DNA of 64,000 bases from a virus (lineage: Duplodnaviria; Caudoviricetes), in the IMG/VR virus record IMGVR_UViG_2639763081_000004, positions 3,368 to 67,367 of that record; one strand, 5' to 3'. Of the stretch, positions 1 through 9,544 are shown in pieces. Below the pieces are notes generated by a model. It was not told the DNA's origin. It saw only the letters and a list, made by a program, of their open reading frames with translations, and did no database searches. Positions within the stretch are counted from its first letter, which is position 1; the number at the start of each line of letters is the position of its first letter. The position numbers and the translations under genes are program-made.

Positions 1-36
1 TCTGATGGTGTTGGTGCTGTGGTCACGGTGCTCTCC

Positions 37-309
37 TCAGTGCTTCGCCGCGTCCTGGCCCATGTCAACGCTCCGGAATGCGTCGATCATGGTTTGCCCG
101 ATGGCGGCGGCTTGTTCCTGGCCGAAGTCATTGGCCATAGAGCCCATGCATGCCTGCAGGAAGCCGCAGTACAGCTGCGCGAGCTGCTGTGGCGTAGCCT
201 GAAGCTGGGTCTGCGCCTGCTGGACCGCTGGTATGCATAGGTTGATGAAGACGGCGGCGCCGATCTCGACGGGCGTACCTTCCATGGCGATGGTCTTTGC
301 TGTGGTCAC
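37..309 (-). CDS. Hypothetical phage protein
   Basis: GTG start overlaps upstream stop (GTGA); 90 aa. Confidence 0.7.
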   Translation of the reverse strand: MTTAKTIAMEGTPVEIGAAVFINLCIPAVQQAQTQLQATPQQLAQLYCGFLQACMGSMANDFGQEQAAAIGQTMIDAFRSVDMGQDAAKH

Positions 310-839
310 GGGGTCTGTCCTTTCTCGGCGGGCGGCGCCAGTTCATCGGGAACGTCCACGCTGTCGCCCAGCTTGCTGGCCACGTAGCAGCGCATGGCAG
401 CCACCAGAGGATCGGTTTCGTGCCACGCGATGGCGCGACGGCCATTGACGCCCGCATGCCATGTCGTGGCTGTCCAGATGCCGGACGGACCCCAGCCGGG
501 GCTGTTGCCGCCGTTGCGATGGACGCGCGATCCTGGTGAGCTGATGCCGATCTGCTCGCGGTGGATGATCGGCCCGGCTTGTGCCCAGCTTTGGCTGGGC
601 TCATAGAGAACTGCGTGCTCTCCGGCAGTGCCGAGTCGGCTTCGCTGATGCAGTCGGTCCTTGAAATTGCCGCGTGGCGGGTTGAAGTAGATGCAGATGG
701 TGCTGCCATCTTCCGCGTCCACGCCAACAGGCATGCCTTCAATGACCTTGAATGAAATGCCTTCGCACTTCTCGGCTGTTTGCGCTACGGCCCAATCAAG
801 TGCGGGGCCTGCGAGTTCGTCGGTGCTGATGATGGTCAC
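306..839 (-). CDS. DUF2591-family phage protein
   Basis: Motifs ELAGPALDWAVA, YEPSQSWAQAGPIIHRE, LVAAMRCYVASKLG; start trimmed to GTG 839 (GTGA overlap). Confidence 0.75.
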   Translation of the reverse strand: MTIISTDELAGPALDWAVAQTAEKCEGISFKVIEGMPVGVDAEDGSTICIYFNPPRGNFKDRLHQRSRLGTAGEHAVLYEPSQSWAQAGPIIHREQIGISSPGSRVHRNGGNSPGWGPSGIWTATTWHAGVNGRRAIAWHETDPLVAAMRCYVASKLGDSVDVPDELAPPAEKGQTP

Positions 840-1174
840 GATGCCGGTCCTTTCTGCTGCGCCTGGGCGCGCTCTGGGATGTCGAGTGCCGCACTCTCTT
901 CGGCTGTCGGCTGCCGCTCCTCGCCACAGCCGGAGCAGCGCATGCGGCGGTACTGGGGCGGGTATGTCTTGGTGGCCAACCAGCTGTGCGGTGAGCCGTT
1001 GAGGCAATCGGCCTTCTTGGCCTCGTAGCTCAGGCTGATGAAGGCCTCGAAGACGAAGCGCTTGTCGCAGGCGCGGCACCAGTGTTCGTGGAGCACGTCT
1101 TCCGCGTAGCCTGCGCCGTCATCATGGTTGGCCTCCTGATCTGCGCCGCAGTAGGGGCAATTCATGTCTGCCAT
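836..1174 (-). CDS. Cys-rich putative zinc-binding protein
   Basis: CPYC, CRAC, CSGC motifs; GGAG upstream. Confidence 0.7.
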   Translation of the reverse strand: MADMNCPYCGADQEANHDDGAGYAEDVLHEHWCRACDKRFVFEAFISLSYEAKKADCLNGSPHSWLATKTYPPQYRRMRCSGCGEERQPTAEESAALDIPERAQAQQKGPAS

Positions 1175-1765
1175 TCAGCTCTCCTTGTGCGCTGCGGGGC
1201 GCAGCAGGTTGTCCTCGGCGCGGCGGGCCTTGGCCTGCGCCTCGACGGCATCGCGCATGAACTGCGCGGTAGGGCCGGACCACCAGGCCACCATGGCTTC
1301 CAACACATCCATGTCTTCCTGGGTCACGTCCGGCACCTTGGGCCAGTCTGTGCGGCATGGCTGTTCCCTGCGTATGGGGTACTCGCGGGCCAGCATGAAC
1401 TCGGCAGTCCGCAGGCCGTTGTTGACGCCGCGCACGCGCTTGTTCTCGATGGCCCAGGCTGCAAGGAATGCGTCCTCGGCACTTGAGAACGCGCCCGACG
1501 CCGCCAGCCGCTGCGCCGAATATGTGAAGCCGCCTCCGCCGTTGCAGCCCATGAACACCATGAACGATGCCGCCACGCTGGCGGCGCGCTGCCGGATGGG
1601 TCCGTTCGTCCGGCCGCCCAGCATGTAGCGCAGTTCCTCGGGGCGCTGCTCCGCGAACTGCTGCCACAGGGCCAGGAACATGCCTTCCTTCGGCGTGCCG
1701 GGGCGCGGCGGATGCAGCGGGACGTGCTGCAGCTTCGGGGAGATGCGGTGGTCAATCGATTGCAT
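1175..1765 (-). CDS. Hypothetical phage protein
   Basis: Start MQSIDH with GGAGG SD; abuts next gene. Confidence 0.7.
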   Translation of the reverse strand: MQSIDHRISPKLQHVPLHPPRPGTPKEGMFLALWQQFAEQRPEELRYMLGGRTNGPIRQRAASVAASFMVFMGCNGGGGFTYSAQRLAASGAFSSAEDAFLAAWAIENKRVRGVNNGLRTAEFMLAREYPIRREQPCRTDWPKVPDVTQEDMDVLEAMVAWWSGPTAQFMRDAVEAQAKARRAEDNLLRPAAHKES

Positions 1766-2045
1766 CGTTCCTCCCCTTGGCTGCTGCCTGGGCTGCGAGG
1801 GCCTCCACGTACTCGGCGCCCCGGCGGAAGTGGCGACCCGTCCGGTTGTGCCGGAGTTTGATCCGCGGCTCTCCATACGCGATCCAGCCAACGACGGTTG
1901 CCTCGAAAGATCCGCGCCCATGGTGGACGCGAACCTGGCAGCCCTTGGGGAAGTCGCCTTCCAGCGCGGCCATGATCGCGGCCCGCGCAGCACGCATCGC
2001 GTCGTCTGCCTGCTTGACGGCAGGGGTGTATCCAGGAAGTGCCAT
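1752..2045 (-). CDS. Hypothetical phage protein
   Basis: MALPGY start overlapping upstream stop (TGATG). Confidence 0.65.
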   Translation of the reverse strand: MALPGYTPAVKQADDAMRAARAAIMAALEGDFPKGCQVRVHHGRGSFEATVVGWIAYGEPRIKLRHNRTGRHFRRGAEYVEALAAQAAAKGRNDAID

Positions 2046-3232
2046 CACGCACCGCCTTCCTTGGCCTGGGCTGCGAATCCGCACAGTTCCCAGTTTTCCG
2101 GCTCGACGTGCTTGGCGTAGTGCATGACTTCGTCACGGCCCGCGCAGTCCAGCAGTTCGATCCACTCGGCGCTCCCTGCATTGCCCGCTGACGCCATGAT
2201 CTGGAGAGCCAAGCAGACGCCGTGGTTGAAGCCTGCATCGCGTGCCACCTGTGCTGGTGCATCCACTGCAGGCGCAGCAGGTGCTGCCGGATGGGTGTAG
2301 AGAGGGATGCAGTGATGCGTTTTCGGATGGGCGCCCGCTGCAGCTTTATCAGCTTCAAGCTGCTTCGAATCGCCACGGTGGTAAACAGACGCTCCGCCAG
2401 AGTTCCAGTAATGCCATGCGTAGGGCGCAGCAGGTGCCTGGGGCGCTGCTGCCGCGAAGGCCTCGATCTCGCTGTAGCGCGGATTGGCCGGAGCCACGAC
2501 GAAAGACTGGTCGTCCACCAACTTCACGCCGAGGCAATGCCAGCCAGCGCCTTCGGTCAGCCAGCCGCCTTCGTCGTGGTCGTAGCGCTCGCACTCGAAA
2601 GAGCCGTCGCTGTCCTTCACCGGAATGGTGTAGCTGTCGTATGGCCCTCCGTAGGTCGGCACGGGCTTGCCGGTTTGCCAGTGCTCGATCCACATGAAGA
2701 ACGGGCGGCCGGTGATGGGGCACACATCGGGGCACCAGGGCGCGGCCTCAGGGGCTGCAGGCGCTTCCAGGGCGGGCGCTGCACCACGGCCGCGCCATGC
2801 TTCCCAGGCCGTCTGAGCAAATCCGCCTGCATATCCATCACCCCTGCGCTCAAGGTTCGGTTTCCAATCGGTTTTGTTGCGCGCCCAGTCCTCGAAGGCC
2901 TCACGCTCATCGGCCGGCCCAGCCACAGCGGCAGGCAGTCCGGCGCGGGCTACGCGATCCGCATCGACGTAGGCCCGCATCTGGTCGGCTGAGTACAGGC
3001 GCGTGCCGCCAACGGGCGCTGGGTGCCCCCAGTCAATGTCCGTCTTGCCGTCGCCGAAGTCAGTGACATCGCCGACAGACTGCGGCAGATGCGGGTACTC
3101 GCCCTGGGGCGCCACAGCGGCAGGACCTGCCCCGGCGAGGCCCTGCAGCATGCTGATGTCGCGGAAGAAGATGTTGCCGTCGCTGTGCACGATTCCGCCC
3201 GCGGCGCGGATGGCTTCAAGGGTGATCGTCAT
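2045..3232 (-). CDS. Mosaic phage early protein with Ala/Pro linkers
   Basis: MTITLEAIRA start with AGGAG SD; modules separated by AAP-rich linkers. Confidence 0.75.
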   Translation of the reverse strand: MTITLEAIRAAGGIVHSDGNIFFRDISMLQGLAGAGPAAVAPQGEYPHLPQSVGDVTDFGDGKTDIDWGHPAPVGGTRLYSADQMRAYVDADRVARAGLPAAVAGPADEREAFEDWARNKTDWKPNLERRGDGYAGGFAQTAWEAWRGRGAAPALEAPAAPEAAPWCPDVCPITGRPFFMWIEHWQTGKPVPTYGGPYDSYTIPVKDSDGSFECERYDHDEGGWLTEGAGWHCLGVKLVDDQSFVVAPANPRYSEIEAFAAAAPQAPAAPYAWHYWNSGGASVYHRGDSKQLEADKAAAGAHPKTHHCIPLYTHPAAPAAPAVDAPAQVARDAGFNHGVCLALQIMASAGNAGSAEWIELLDCAGRDEVMHYAKHVEPENWELCGFAAQAKEGGA

Positions 3233-3336
3233 GGGTTGCTCCTGTCGATTTGCCAGTTGCTGGCAGTGGTTTGGATGACGTGGCCTGCGCGCTGCAGCAG
3301 CTGCTGGCACGCGGCCTGGGGTGGGGTCAGGGTCAC
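3229..3336 (-). CDS. 35-aa translationally coupled small ORF
   Basis: GTGA and ATGA overlaps with both neighbours; MTLTPPQAACQQLLQRAGHVIQTTASNWQIDRSNP. Confidence 0.5.
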   Translation of the reverse strand: MTLTPPQAACQQLLQRAGHVIQTTASNWQIDRSNP

Positions 3337-5447
3337 GCGGCAACCCCGTAGATCAAGGCTTCGTGCGCGAAGTTGGCGCGGGCCAGGGCCTCGGCCAGCG
3401 GCGGGCAGACGCTGTTGCCGCACATGCGGACCTGGGCGGTGGTGCTCAGGTCGATCAGCGGCACTTCGCGCGGGTCGGCGGCTTGCTTGCCACCTCGGAA
3501 CAGCAGGGCCGGGTCGGGCACGCGCTCGAAGTGGTAGTCGCGCGGGAAGCCCTGGGCGCGGAACAGCTCGCGCGGCTTGAGCATGCGCAGCGTGATGTCC
3601 ACCAGCACCCACCATTGCCCGGCGTGCCACATCAGGACCAGCTCGGCGGGGTCGGGGAAGTGCTCGGGCAGGTGCTTGTGCAGCAGCTCGGCGCACAGCC
3701 GGGCGCGCTCGGCATGCTCGGGCGCCAGCGTTGCAACTGGCACCTGGCAGGTCTGCACCAGGCCCATCCGCGCCTTGGTGGGCACGGTGTGCATGGGCTC
3801 GCTGCAGGCGCTGTCCTGGCCGCCCTCGCTGTAGTACTTGACCAGGTAGGCGGTGATGAGCCGCTGCTGGGTGCCGCTGGATGTGACCGTGGACATGGGG
3901 TCGTCCACCGCACGCCCGTCGCCGTCGTAGAAACCGCCGTTGGCTTGCTCCAGGCATGCGGCCACCATGGCCTGTTCGCCGCGATGGGCTCCTGTCACAG
4001 TGCGCAGCGGCTCGCGCGGATCGTTGCCGGCGCGCTCGCCGTGGTGGGTCAGGTGCGTCAGGTGCACGGCAGCCAGTGCACTGGTGGCGCCGCTGGCGGT
4101 GACGGTATTGAGAGGCACTTCGAGGCTACGGGCGCCATGGCTCCAGCGCTTGCCGCCTGCAGGCCCTTCGCCGTGGCCCATGTCCACCAGATGCGCGGCC
4201 ACCAGGGCGTGATGGCCTCCTGTGGTCACGGTCCGCAACGGGCTGTCCGGCGCAGCGCCAGGATGGCCAGTGGTGTTGGTCATGACCAGATGGCCTTGCA
4301 CTACGACACTCTTGATGCCGCCGGCCACTACGGTGCCCAGAGGTGCCTCGATGTCCTGCACGCGCGGCTGCTGGCCCTCGCGCTCGCCGTAGCCCACGGT
4401 GATCAGGTTGGCACCTACCAGTGCATGGTGCGTGCCGGACGCGGCCACGGTGGACAGCGGGGCATCCACGGCATGGCCGACCAGATGCTGCTCGGACGTG
4501 CCGCGCAGCGGGGCCATAACGGGCGCCACCACGGGCTGGGCCACAGCGCGGTGGTTCTGCGTGGTCACGGTGCCGATTGGGCGGTCTGTCGCTGCAGGCC
4601 GGCCCGAATAGACCGGGCCGCCCGCGCCGACAATGAACGGGCTGGCACTGGTAAGCACATGGCGCCGCAGGCCCTTCGCAACGCGGCGCATGGTGTTGTC
4701 CACCAGCGGGCGCTTGCGGCCGAACACGCTCTCGGCCGGCAGGCCGAAGTCGATGCATTCGGCGGCCGTGCTGTGCGCAGCTAGCTTGCCCGCAATGACG
4801 CGGCGGTCGGTGGGCTCGGCGTGGGTCTGCTCGGGCCAGACGATGGGTAGGCCGTCGCGGCGTGCCACAAGGAACAGGCGCTTGCGGATCGTGGGTGTGC
4901 CGTGGTCGCTGGCACGCAGCTCGCGCCAATCAACCTGATAGCCGTGCATGCGCAGCTGGCGGACGAACGACTGGAAAGTCTTGCCGCGGCGCGCGGGGTC
5001 CGGCCGGGCCTGGCCATCGGGGCCGACGAGGATCGGTCCCCAGGTCTGGAACTCCTCTACGTTCTCCAGCATGAGCACGCGGGGCTTGCACATGGCCACC
5101 CAGCGCATGCCCACCCAGGCTAGGCCCCGGATCTGTTTGCTGACCGGCGTGCCGCCCTTGGCCTTGCTGAAATGCTTGCAGTCCGGCGACAGCCAGACCA
5201 GTGCTACGGGCTGATTGCCTGTGACCTGGATCGGGTTCACGTCCCAGACCGATTCGCACAGGTGCAGCGTGTGCGGGTGGTTCGCGGCGTGCATCGCCAA
5301 GGCTTCCGGGTCATGGTTGATGGCGATGTCCACCGGCCGGCCGAACGCGGCTTCCAGGCCGGTGCTGGTGCCGCCCCCGCCTGCAAAGTTATCGATGATC
5401 AACTCGCCCGGGAATGCGAGTGGCAATGTGAAGGCATCACGCTTCAT
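3333..5447 (-). CDS. Orphan DNA (cytosine-5) methyltransferase
   Basis: Motif I FAGGGG, catalytic SPDCKHFS, ENV, RKRLFLV, motif X GNSV; no cognate endonuclease nearby. Confidence 0.93.
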   Translation of the reverse strand: MKRDAFTLPLAFPGELIIDNFAGGGGTSTGLEAAFGRPVDIAINHDPEALAMHAANHPHTLHLCESVWDVNPIQVTGNQPVALVWLSPDCKHFSKAKGGTPVSKQIRGLAWVGMRWVAMCKPRVLMLENVEEFQTWGPILVGPDGQARPDPARRGKTFQSFVRQLRMHGYQVDWRELRASDHGTPTIRKRLFLVARRDGLPIVWPEQTHAEPTDRRVIAGKLAAHSTAAECIDFGLPAESVFGRKRPLVDNTMRRVAKGLRRHVLTSASPFIVGAGGPVYSGRPAATDRPIGTVTTQNHRAVAQPVVAPVMAPLRGTSEQHLVGHAVDAPLSTVAASGTHHALVGANLITVGYGEREGQQPRVQDIEAPLGTVVAGGIKSVVVQGHLVMTNTTGHPGAAPDSPLRTVTTGGHHALVAAHLVDMGHGEGPAGGKRWSHGARSLEVPLNTVTASGATSALAAVHLTHLTHHGERAGNDPREPLRTVTGAHRGEQAMVAACLEQANGGFYDGDGRAVDDPMSTVTSSGTQQRLITAYLVKYYSEGGQDSACSEPMHTVPTKARMGLVQTCQVPVATLAPEHAERARLCAELLHKHLPEHFPDPAELVLMWHAGQWWVLVDITLRMLKPRELFRAQGFPRDYHFERVPDPALLFRGGKQAADPREVPLIDLSTTAQVRMCGNSVCPPLAEALARANFAHEALIYGVAA

Positions 5448-5544
5448 GTGCGAGTTCCTGTGGTGGAAATGCAAAAAGCCCGAGAGGCGGCTGCCAAACG
5501 GGCTATGGGAGGTTAGGATTCGCCGCTCATGAAAGGAGAGGGCG

Positions 5545-6228
5545 ATGGACGCGAATGAGATTTACAACGGAATTGCCAAAGCAGTCGAGGCGGCACAGCC
5601 GGCTCAGGAGTATTGCCTTAAATATTTCGACCAGACATGGCGCACCTGCATGACAAAGGCTGAGTGGTCGGGGTGGGCGCAGGCTGTATTTTCTGTGTTT
5701 GCGATATTCATCGCTGCAATAGTGCCATATGTGGAAAATCTAATTAGCCGATCTAATAAAGAAAAGGAGGCTATTGTTGATGCACAGGAGTGCTACCGCC
5801 TTTATAGAGATCACTTTGGAGCACTAGATTTCTCGTTGCACATGGCTATTGGTGCTGTCGAAATGTGTTCAGACTATTTGCATCTCAAGTTAAGTCTTGA
5901 TGGTTTTAGAGAATATATATCTAAGAGTGAAGGTCCATCTAAGATGGAGCTTCTAAAACTGGAGAGGCTTGGTGATGTTGTTGAAGATGGTGGAACTGTA
6001 GGGTCTGATTTTTCATCGAACTACAAAAAGGTTATGAATGCTATTAATTCACTTTTTTCATACATGGATAAAGTCGAGGGCGGAATTTTTGGCCATGATG
6101 ATAGTGGTATTCAAGCATTCAAATTACTGAATGACTTGTTTGAAAATAATGTGCGTCCACATTATTCTTGCTATGCCATATCCTATGCGGCAATGGAGAA
6201 GTCGGTGAAAATCTCCAGACCAATGTGA
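5545..6228 (+). CDS. AT-rich moron, N-terminal transmembrane hypothetical protein
   Basis: AAGGAG SD; opposite strand to operon; TM segment WAQAVFSVFAIFIAAIVPY. Confidence 0.8.
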   Translation: MDANEIYNGIAKAVEAAQPAQEYCLKYFDQTWRTCMTKAEWSGWAQAVFSVFAIFIAAIVPYVENLISRSNKEKEAIVDAQECYRLYRDHFGALDFSLHMAIGAVEMCSDYLHLKLSLDGFREYISKSEGPSKMELLKLERLGDVVEDGGTVGSDFSSNYKKVMNAINSLFSYMDKVEGGIFGHDDSGIQAFKLLNDLFENNVRPHYSCYAISYAAMEKSVKISRPM

Positions 6229-6298
6229 AGCGTTATCAATAACTGGGCGTTAGAGGGTTGCAACCTTGGCGCTCATAGTCCAATTCGGCGGCACTATT

Positions 6299-6330
6299 AA
6301 AAAGCCCCTGGCGCGCGCACCCAGGGGCTT
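6299..6330 (-). terminator. Rho-independent terminator
   Basis: AAGCCCCTGG...CCAGGGGCTT hairpin followed by T-run on minus strand, after H-NS gene. Confidence 0.7.
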
Positions 6331-6388
6331 GAGGTGCCGCCTAGACTTGGCGCGCACCTCCTTGCTTGGTGTATCGGCAGCGCGGCGC

Positions 6389-6679
6389 TCAGCCTTTGGC
6401 TGCTTCGATCAGGAACGGCGTGCGGTCCTTGCCGTTGATCCAGTTCGGGGGCTTGCCATGGCCGGTCCAGGTCGCGCCCGTGGCCGGGTCGCGGTACTTC
6501 GGGGCGCCCACGCTGCCCTTGGACTTCGCGGGCGGGAAGACATCGGCAGCGGTCAGGCCGTGCTCTGCGATCAGCGCGCGGGCCGCGGCGATGCCCTCGG
6601 CTTTGTGCTCGGCCTGGGCCCGGGCGATCTGGGCGTCGAGTTCGGCCTTGCGGGCCAGCAGGGTCTTGTAGTCGGTCAT
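6389..6679 (-). CDS. hns: H-NS family protein (copy 1)
   Basis: YKTLLARKAELDAQI coiled coil; KYRDPATGATWTGHGKPPNW DNA-binding motif. Confidence 0.9.
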   Translation of the reverse strand: MTDYKTLLARKAELDAQIARAQAEHKAEGIAAARALIAEHGLTAADVFPPAKSKGSVGAPKYRDPATGATWTGHGKPPNWINGKDRTPFLIEAAKG

Positions 6680-6704
6680 GGGTTTCCTTTCTTGGACGGG
6701 GTGG

Positions 6705-6887
6705 TCAGTGGCCGCAGGGCAGGGCATCGCCGCGGTGATGGTCTTCGGGCAGTTCGGCGCCACAGCCGAAGCAGTGCGTGGGCTTCTGCTCGTCCCACCA
6801 GATGGCGCGGGCACGTTCGGCGGCACGGCGTGCGGCCGGCAGGTCGCGCTCGGCGCGCGTGGGGTGGTGTTCGGTGTCTTGGTTCAT
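6705..6887 (-). CDS. Small hypothetical protein
   Basis: ATGA overlap; CFGC...PCGH. Confidence 0.6.
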   Translation of the reverse strand: MNQDTEHHPTRAERDLPAARRAAERARAIWWDEQKPTHCFGCGAELPEDHHRGDALPCGH

Positions 6888-7108
6888 GCTGTTGGGGGCG
6901 CTGGCCGCATCCAGATGCTGGCGAGCATGTCGGTGGCGCGCGGGCGGGAGGGGTTGCGGATGCGATAGCGGCGGTACTTGTCACACACGCAGGCGTTGCA
7001 CTGGTCGGCCAGCCCGTCGGGGCTTTTGACCAGGGCGCGAAAAAAGCCCACGTCGGCGGGCCAGGGCTCGCCGCAGGTGGTGCAGACCTTTTCAGGTGGT
7101 GTGGCCAT
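6884..7108 (-). CDS. Small zinc-finger-like protein
   Basis: KVCTTCGE...FF...DGL...CNAC. Confidence 0.65.
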   Translation of the reverse strand: MATPPEKVCTTCGEPWPADVGFFRALVKSPDGLADQCNACVCDKYRRYRIRNPSRPRATDMLASIWMRPAPPTA

Positions 7109-7153
7109 GGCGAGGGAGTTCGCAAAGGGCGCCCAAGATAGGCGCCCCCGCAA

Positions 7154-8005
7154 TCAGTTGCGCGCGGTGTTCGGCGCGCCGTTGAGGATCTGCAGCTCGG
7201 TGGCGGCGGCGATCTTTTCGCGCAGGTCCTTCACGGCCTGCTCAACCACCTTGTGCGGACGGACCAGCTCCAACCACATGACGAGGTTGCCGCCGTCGAT
7301 GCGGTAGCGGAAGCGCACATCCACACGCCACTTGTCGCCGTTCTCGAAGACGGGAATGCCCAGACTGAACTGCTCGGGCACCTGCAGTTGGCCCTGGCGC
7401 GCGCTGCCCTGCACGTCTTCGTCGTAGGTGAACTGGGTCGAGCCGTCCGACAAACGCACGCTGCTCTTGAAGTCCACCTTCTTCTTGGCTTCCAGCGTGC
7501 GGCAGACCTCCAGCAACGTGGAGCCGTCCGGGCTGCCTGGTTCGCGCGCTGCCGGGTCGGCAGCGATGTAGACGACATCGACCAGGTTGCTCTCGATGAA
7601 CTGCGCGAGCTCGACCTGGCCCACCTTCTTGCCATCCATGCCTGTCCACGCCTTCCACTCCGGCGAGAGGGGAGCGTTGTAGCGAGCTTGGTGATCACCC
7701 CAGCCACTGCCGAACGCGATGTGATTGAACACGGCAGTGAAGGTGGGCGGGTCGATGGTGCTGAACAGACGAGTGGATTCACCCTTCTGGTCGTTGACCA
7801 CGGCGATGAACGATTCGGCATCGTTCAACTGCACCGTGCCCTTCTTGCGGGTCGGGGCCGCGAGCGTGTGGCTCAGGTCTTCAGCGGTGAAGCCTTCGGG
7901 CAGAAGCACGATGGGCGCGCCGGCGCCGACAAAGCGCACGTCTTGATGGCTGGCTGCCTGGATTTCACGGCTGGCGGTTTCGGTCTTGGTGTCTTGCAGG
8001 TCCAC
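7154..8005 (-). CDS. DUF2303 (YfdQ-like) family protein
   Basis: LSPEWKAW, QVELAQFIE, VPEQFSLGIPVF, RFRYRI motifs; AAGGAG SD. Confidence 0.85.
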   Translation of the reverse strand: MDLQDTKTETASREIQAASHQDVRFVGAGAPIVLLPEGFTAEDLSHTLAAPTRKKGTVQLNDAESFIAVVNDQKGESTRLFSTIDPPTFTAVFNHIAFGSGWGDHQARYNAPLSPEWKAWTGMDGKKVGQVELAQFIESNLVDVVYIAADPAAREPGSPDGSTLLEVCRTLEAKKKVDFKSSVRLSDGSTQFTYDEDVQGSARQGQLQVPEQFSLGIPVFENGDKWRVDVRFRYRIDGGNLVMWLELVRPHKVVEQAVKDLREKIAAATELQILNGAPNTARN

Positions 8006-8043
8006 GGGGTTCTCCTTGAGGGACTGGGTTGAGGGAATGGGAG

Positions 8044-8460
8044 TCAGCCGACGACGCGCAGGCCGGGCTGCTGCTCAGGGGCTGCGGCGGTTTGGCGCAG
8101 CTCCTTCTGGGCAATGGATTCCTGCGACACGTCGCGCACGCCATCCAGCGTTTGCTGGCGAGGATCGCTGCGCTGCAGGTTGTTGTCGGGGGTGGTGAAG
8201 AGGATGGTTCGGCCCTTCGTGGGCGCGGGCAGCTTGGTCTTCACATCGGTGTCCAGCTCCATCTGGCCGGCCTTGCCACCGATGGGTTTCATCTTGATGG
8301 TCAAGGTGAGCGAGCCGGCTTTGCCCGTTTCCGTGGTGGCGTGCACCAGGTCGTTCAGGGCCTCGGTGGCTTCCTCGCCCAGGAAGGGCGCGCTGTTTGC
8401 CAGGAAGTCGGCGAAGGCCTGGCGCCTGGATTTGAGGGTGGGATTGATGAGCTTGCTCAC
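8044..8460 (-). CDS. YfdP-like partner of DUF2303
   Basis: TGKAGSLTLTIK, FTTPDNNLQRSDPRQ; directly upstream of DUF2303. Confidence 0.75.
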   Translation of the reverse strand: MSKLINPTLKSRRQAFADFLANSAPFLGEEATEALNDLVHATTETGKAGSLTLTIKMKPIGGKAGQMELDTDVKTKLPAPTKGRTILFTTPDNNLQRSDPRQQTLDGVRDVSQESIAQKELRQTAAAPEQQPGLRVVG

Positions 8461-8536
8461 GGGATGCTCCTATCTGGTTGAGGTAAAAAAATGCCCACCA
8501 GGTGGTGGGCGTTGAGGGAGAGCAGGGGAGGGCCGG

Positions 8537-8824
8537 CTATATCGCGCCGCCTTCGGTGTCGTCGGCGGGCAGGTGCTGGATGGCGGGCGCAGGGATCGCT
8601 GGCGCGCGCGGCGCAGGCCCGGCCAGGAACTCTTCGCGTTTGGCATAGAGCTGGTCGATCAGGGCGTCGGCCAGGCGGGGCAGGTCGCGGGCGTTCATCA
8701 GCACCGCGCTGCGGTCCTTCTCGAAGGGCACGCCCAGGGCCACGAGGTTTGCGGCGCTGAGCTGCAGCACGGGTGCGAAGGCGGCGCAGATCTGCGAGAG
8801 GTTGAGCTTCTCGGGATTCGGCAT
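8537..8824 (-). CDS. Hypothetical phage protein
   Basis: MPNPEKLNLSQI start; fits operon packing. Confidence 0.6.
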   Translation of the reverse strand: MPNPEKLNLSQICAAFAPVLQLSAANLVALGVPFEKDRSAVLMNARDLPRLADALIDQLYAKREEFLAGPAPRAPAIPAPAIQHLPADDTEGGAI

Positions 8825-8829
8825 GGCGA

Positions 8830-9126
8830 TCAGCGGGCCTGTGCCTTGAGCTGGGACTCGCGCATCGCCTTGTAGCCGGCGAGCATGGGTTCGAGCTGCT
8901 GACGCAGATCCACGCCGCGCTCCAGGTTCGCGCCGACGCTGGCAAGGGCGCAACCCATGGCGTACAGGCCGCCGTACAGGGCAAACGTGTTGCCGTTTCG
9001 CTGGCCGTAGGCGCTCAGGATTTCGATGATCGGCTCGGCCACGTGCGTCATTGCATGAGCGTGGTGGTTGGACGTGATCTCGTGGGTGACGCGCACGCCT
9101 TCGATGGTTTCTGTGGAATGGCTCAT
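8830..9126 (-). CDS. Hypothetical phage protein
   Basis: MSHSTETIEG with GGAG upstream. Confidence 0.65.
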   Translation of the reverse strand: MSHSTETIEGVRVTHEITSNHHAHAMTHVAEPIIEILSAYGQRNGNTFALYGGLYAMGCALASVGANLERGVDLRQQLEPMLAGYKAMRESQLKAQAR

Positions 9127-9143
9127 GAGCTGGTGCTCCATGT

Positions 9144-9236
9144 TCAGAAAAGGGGTGCTCCGGAGATGGCGACCGCAGCAGCAAGGCCGGCAGCCGAGAA
9201 GGCGGACCAGAGGAAGAATCCGAGAAGCTTGGTCAT
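9144..9236 (-). CDS. 30-aa hydrophobic small protein
   Basis: ATGA overlap; MTKLLGFFLWSAFSAAGLAAAVAISGAPLF. Confidence 0.5.
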   Translation of the reverse strand: MTKLLGFFLWSAFSAAGLAAAVAISGAPLF

Positions 9237-9544
9237 GGCAGCTCGCGCAGGCATTCCATGGATTGCGGCCCGTTCCAGACCACGGCATGGCCGGGCGGGC
9301 AGGCCTGGGCGGCGCTGTGCGCGCGCTGCACGTCCGCTGCGCTGGCCGCGGGCTCCTGGGCCGCGCCGGCATCAGCACATGCGCTGAGCGCCAGAGCCAC
9401 AAGCAGGACCACGCACAACAGAAGCCAGCCGCCGGGCGTGGGCGTAGGGCCTGGCTCGACCACAGGACCAGGGCGGGAGGCAGTGCGCAGAAAGCGCGCG
9501 TCGGGGTCAGGATTGAAGGGCTCGGATGGGATCACTCGTTGCAT
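9233..9544 (-). CDS. Membrane-anchored hypothetical protein
   Basis: TM WLLLCVVLLVALALSAC; GGAG upstream. Confidence 0.6.
   Translation of the reverse strand: MQRVIPSEPFNPDPDARFLRTASRPGPVVEPGPTPTPGGWLLLCVVLLVALALSACADAGAAQEPAASAADVQRAHSAAQACPPGHAVVWNGPQSMECLRELP

Noticed and set aside
3333-6228. Restriction-modification pair (MTase + 5545-6228)
   Set aside because: The neighbour is divergent, TM-anchored and lacks a recognisable nuclease motif; the MTase sits in the lytic early operon as an orphan.
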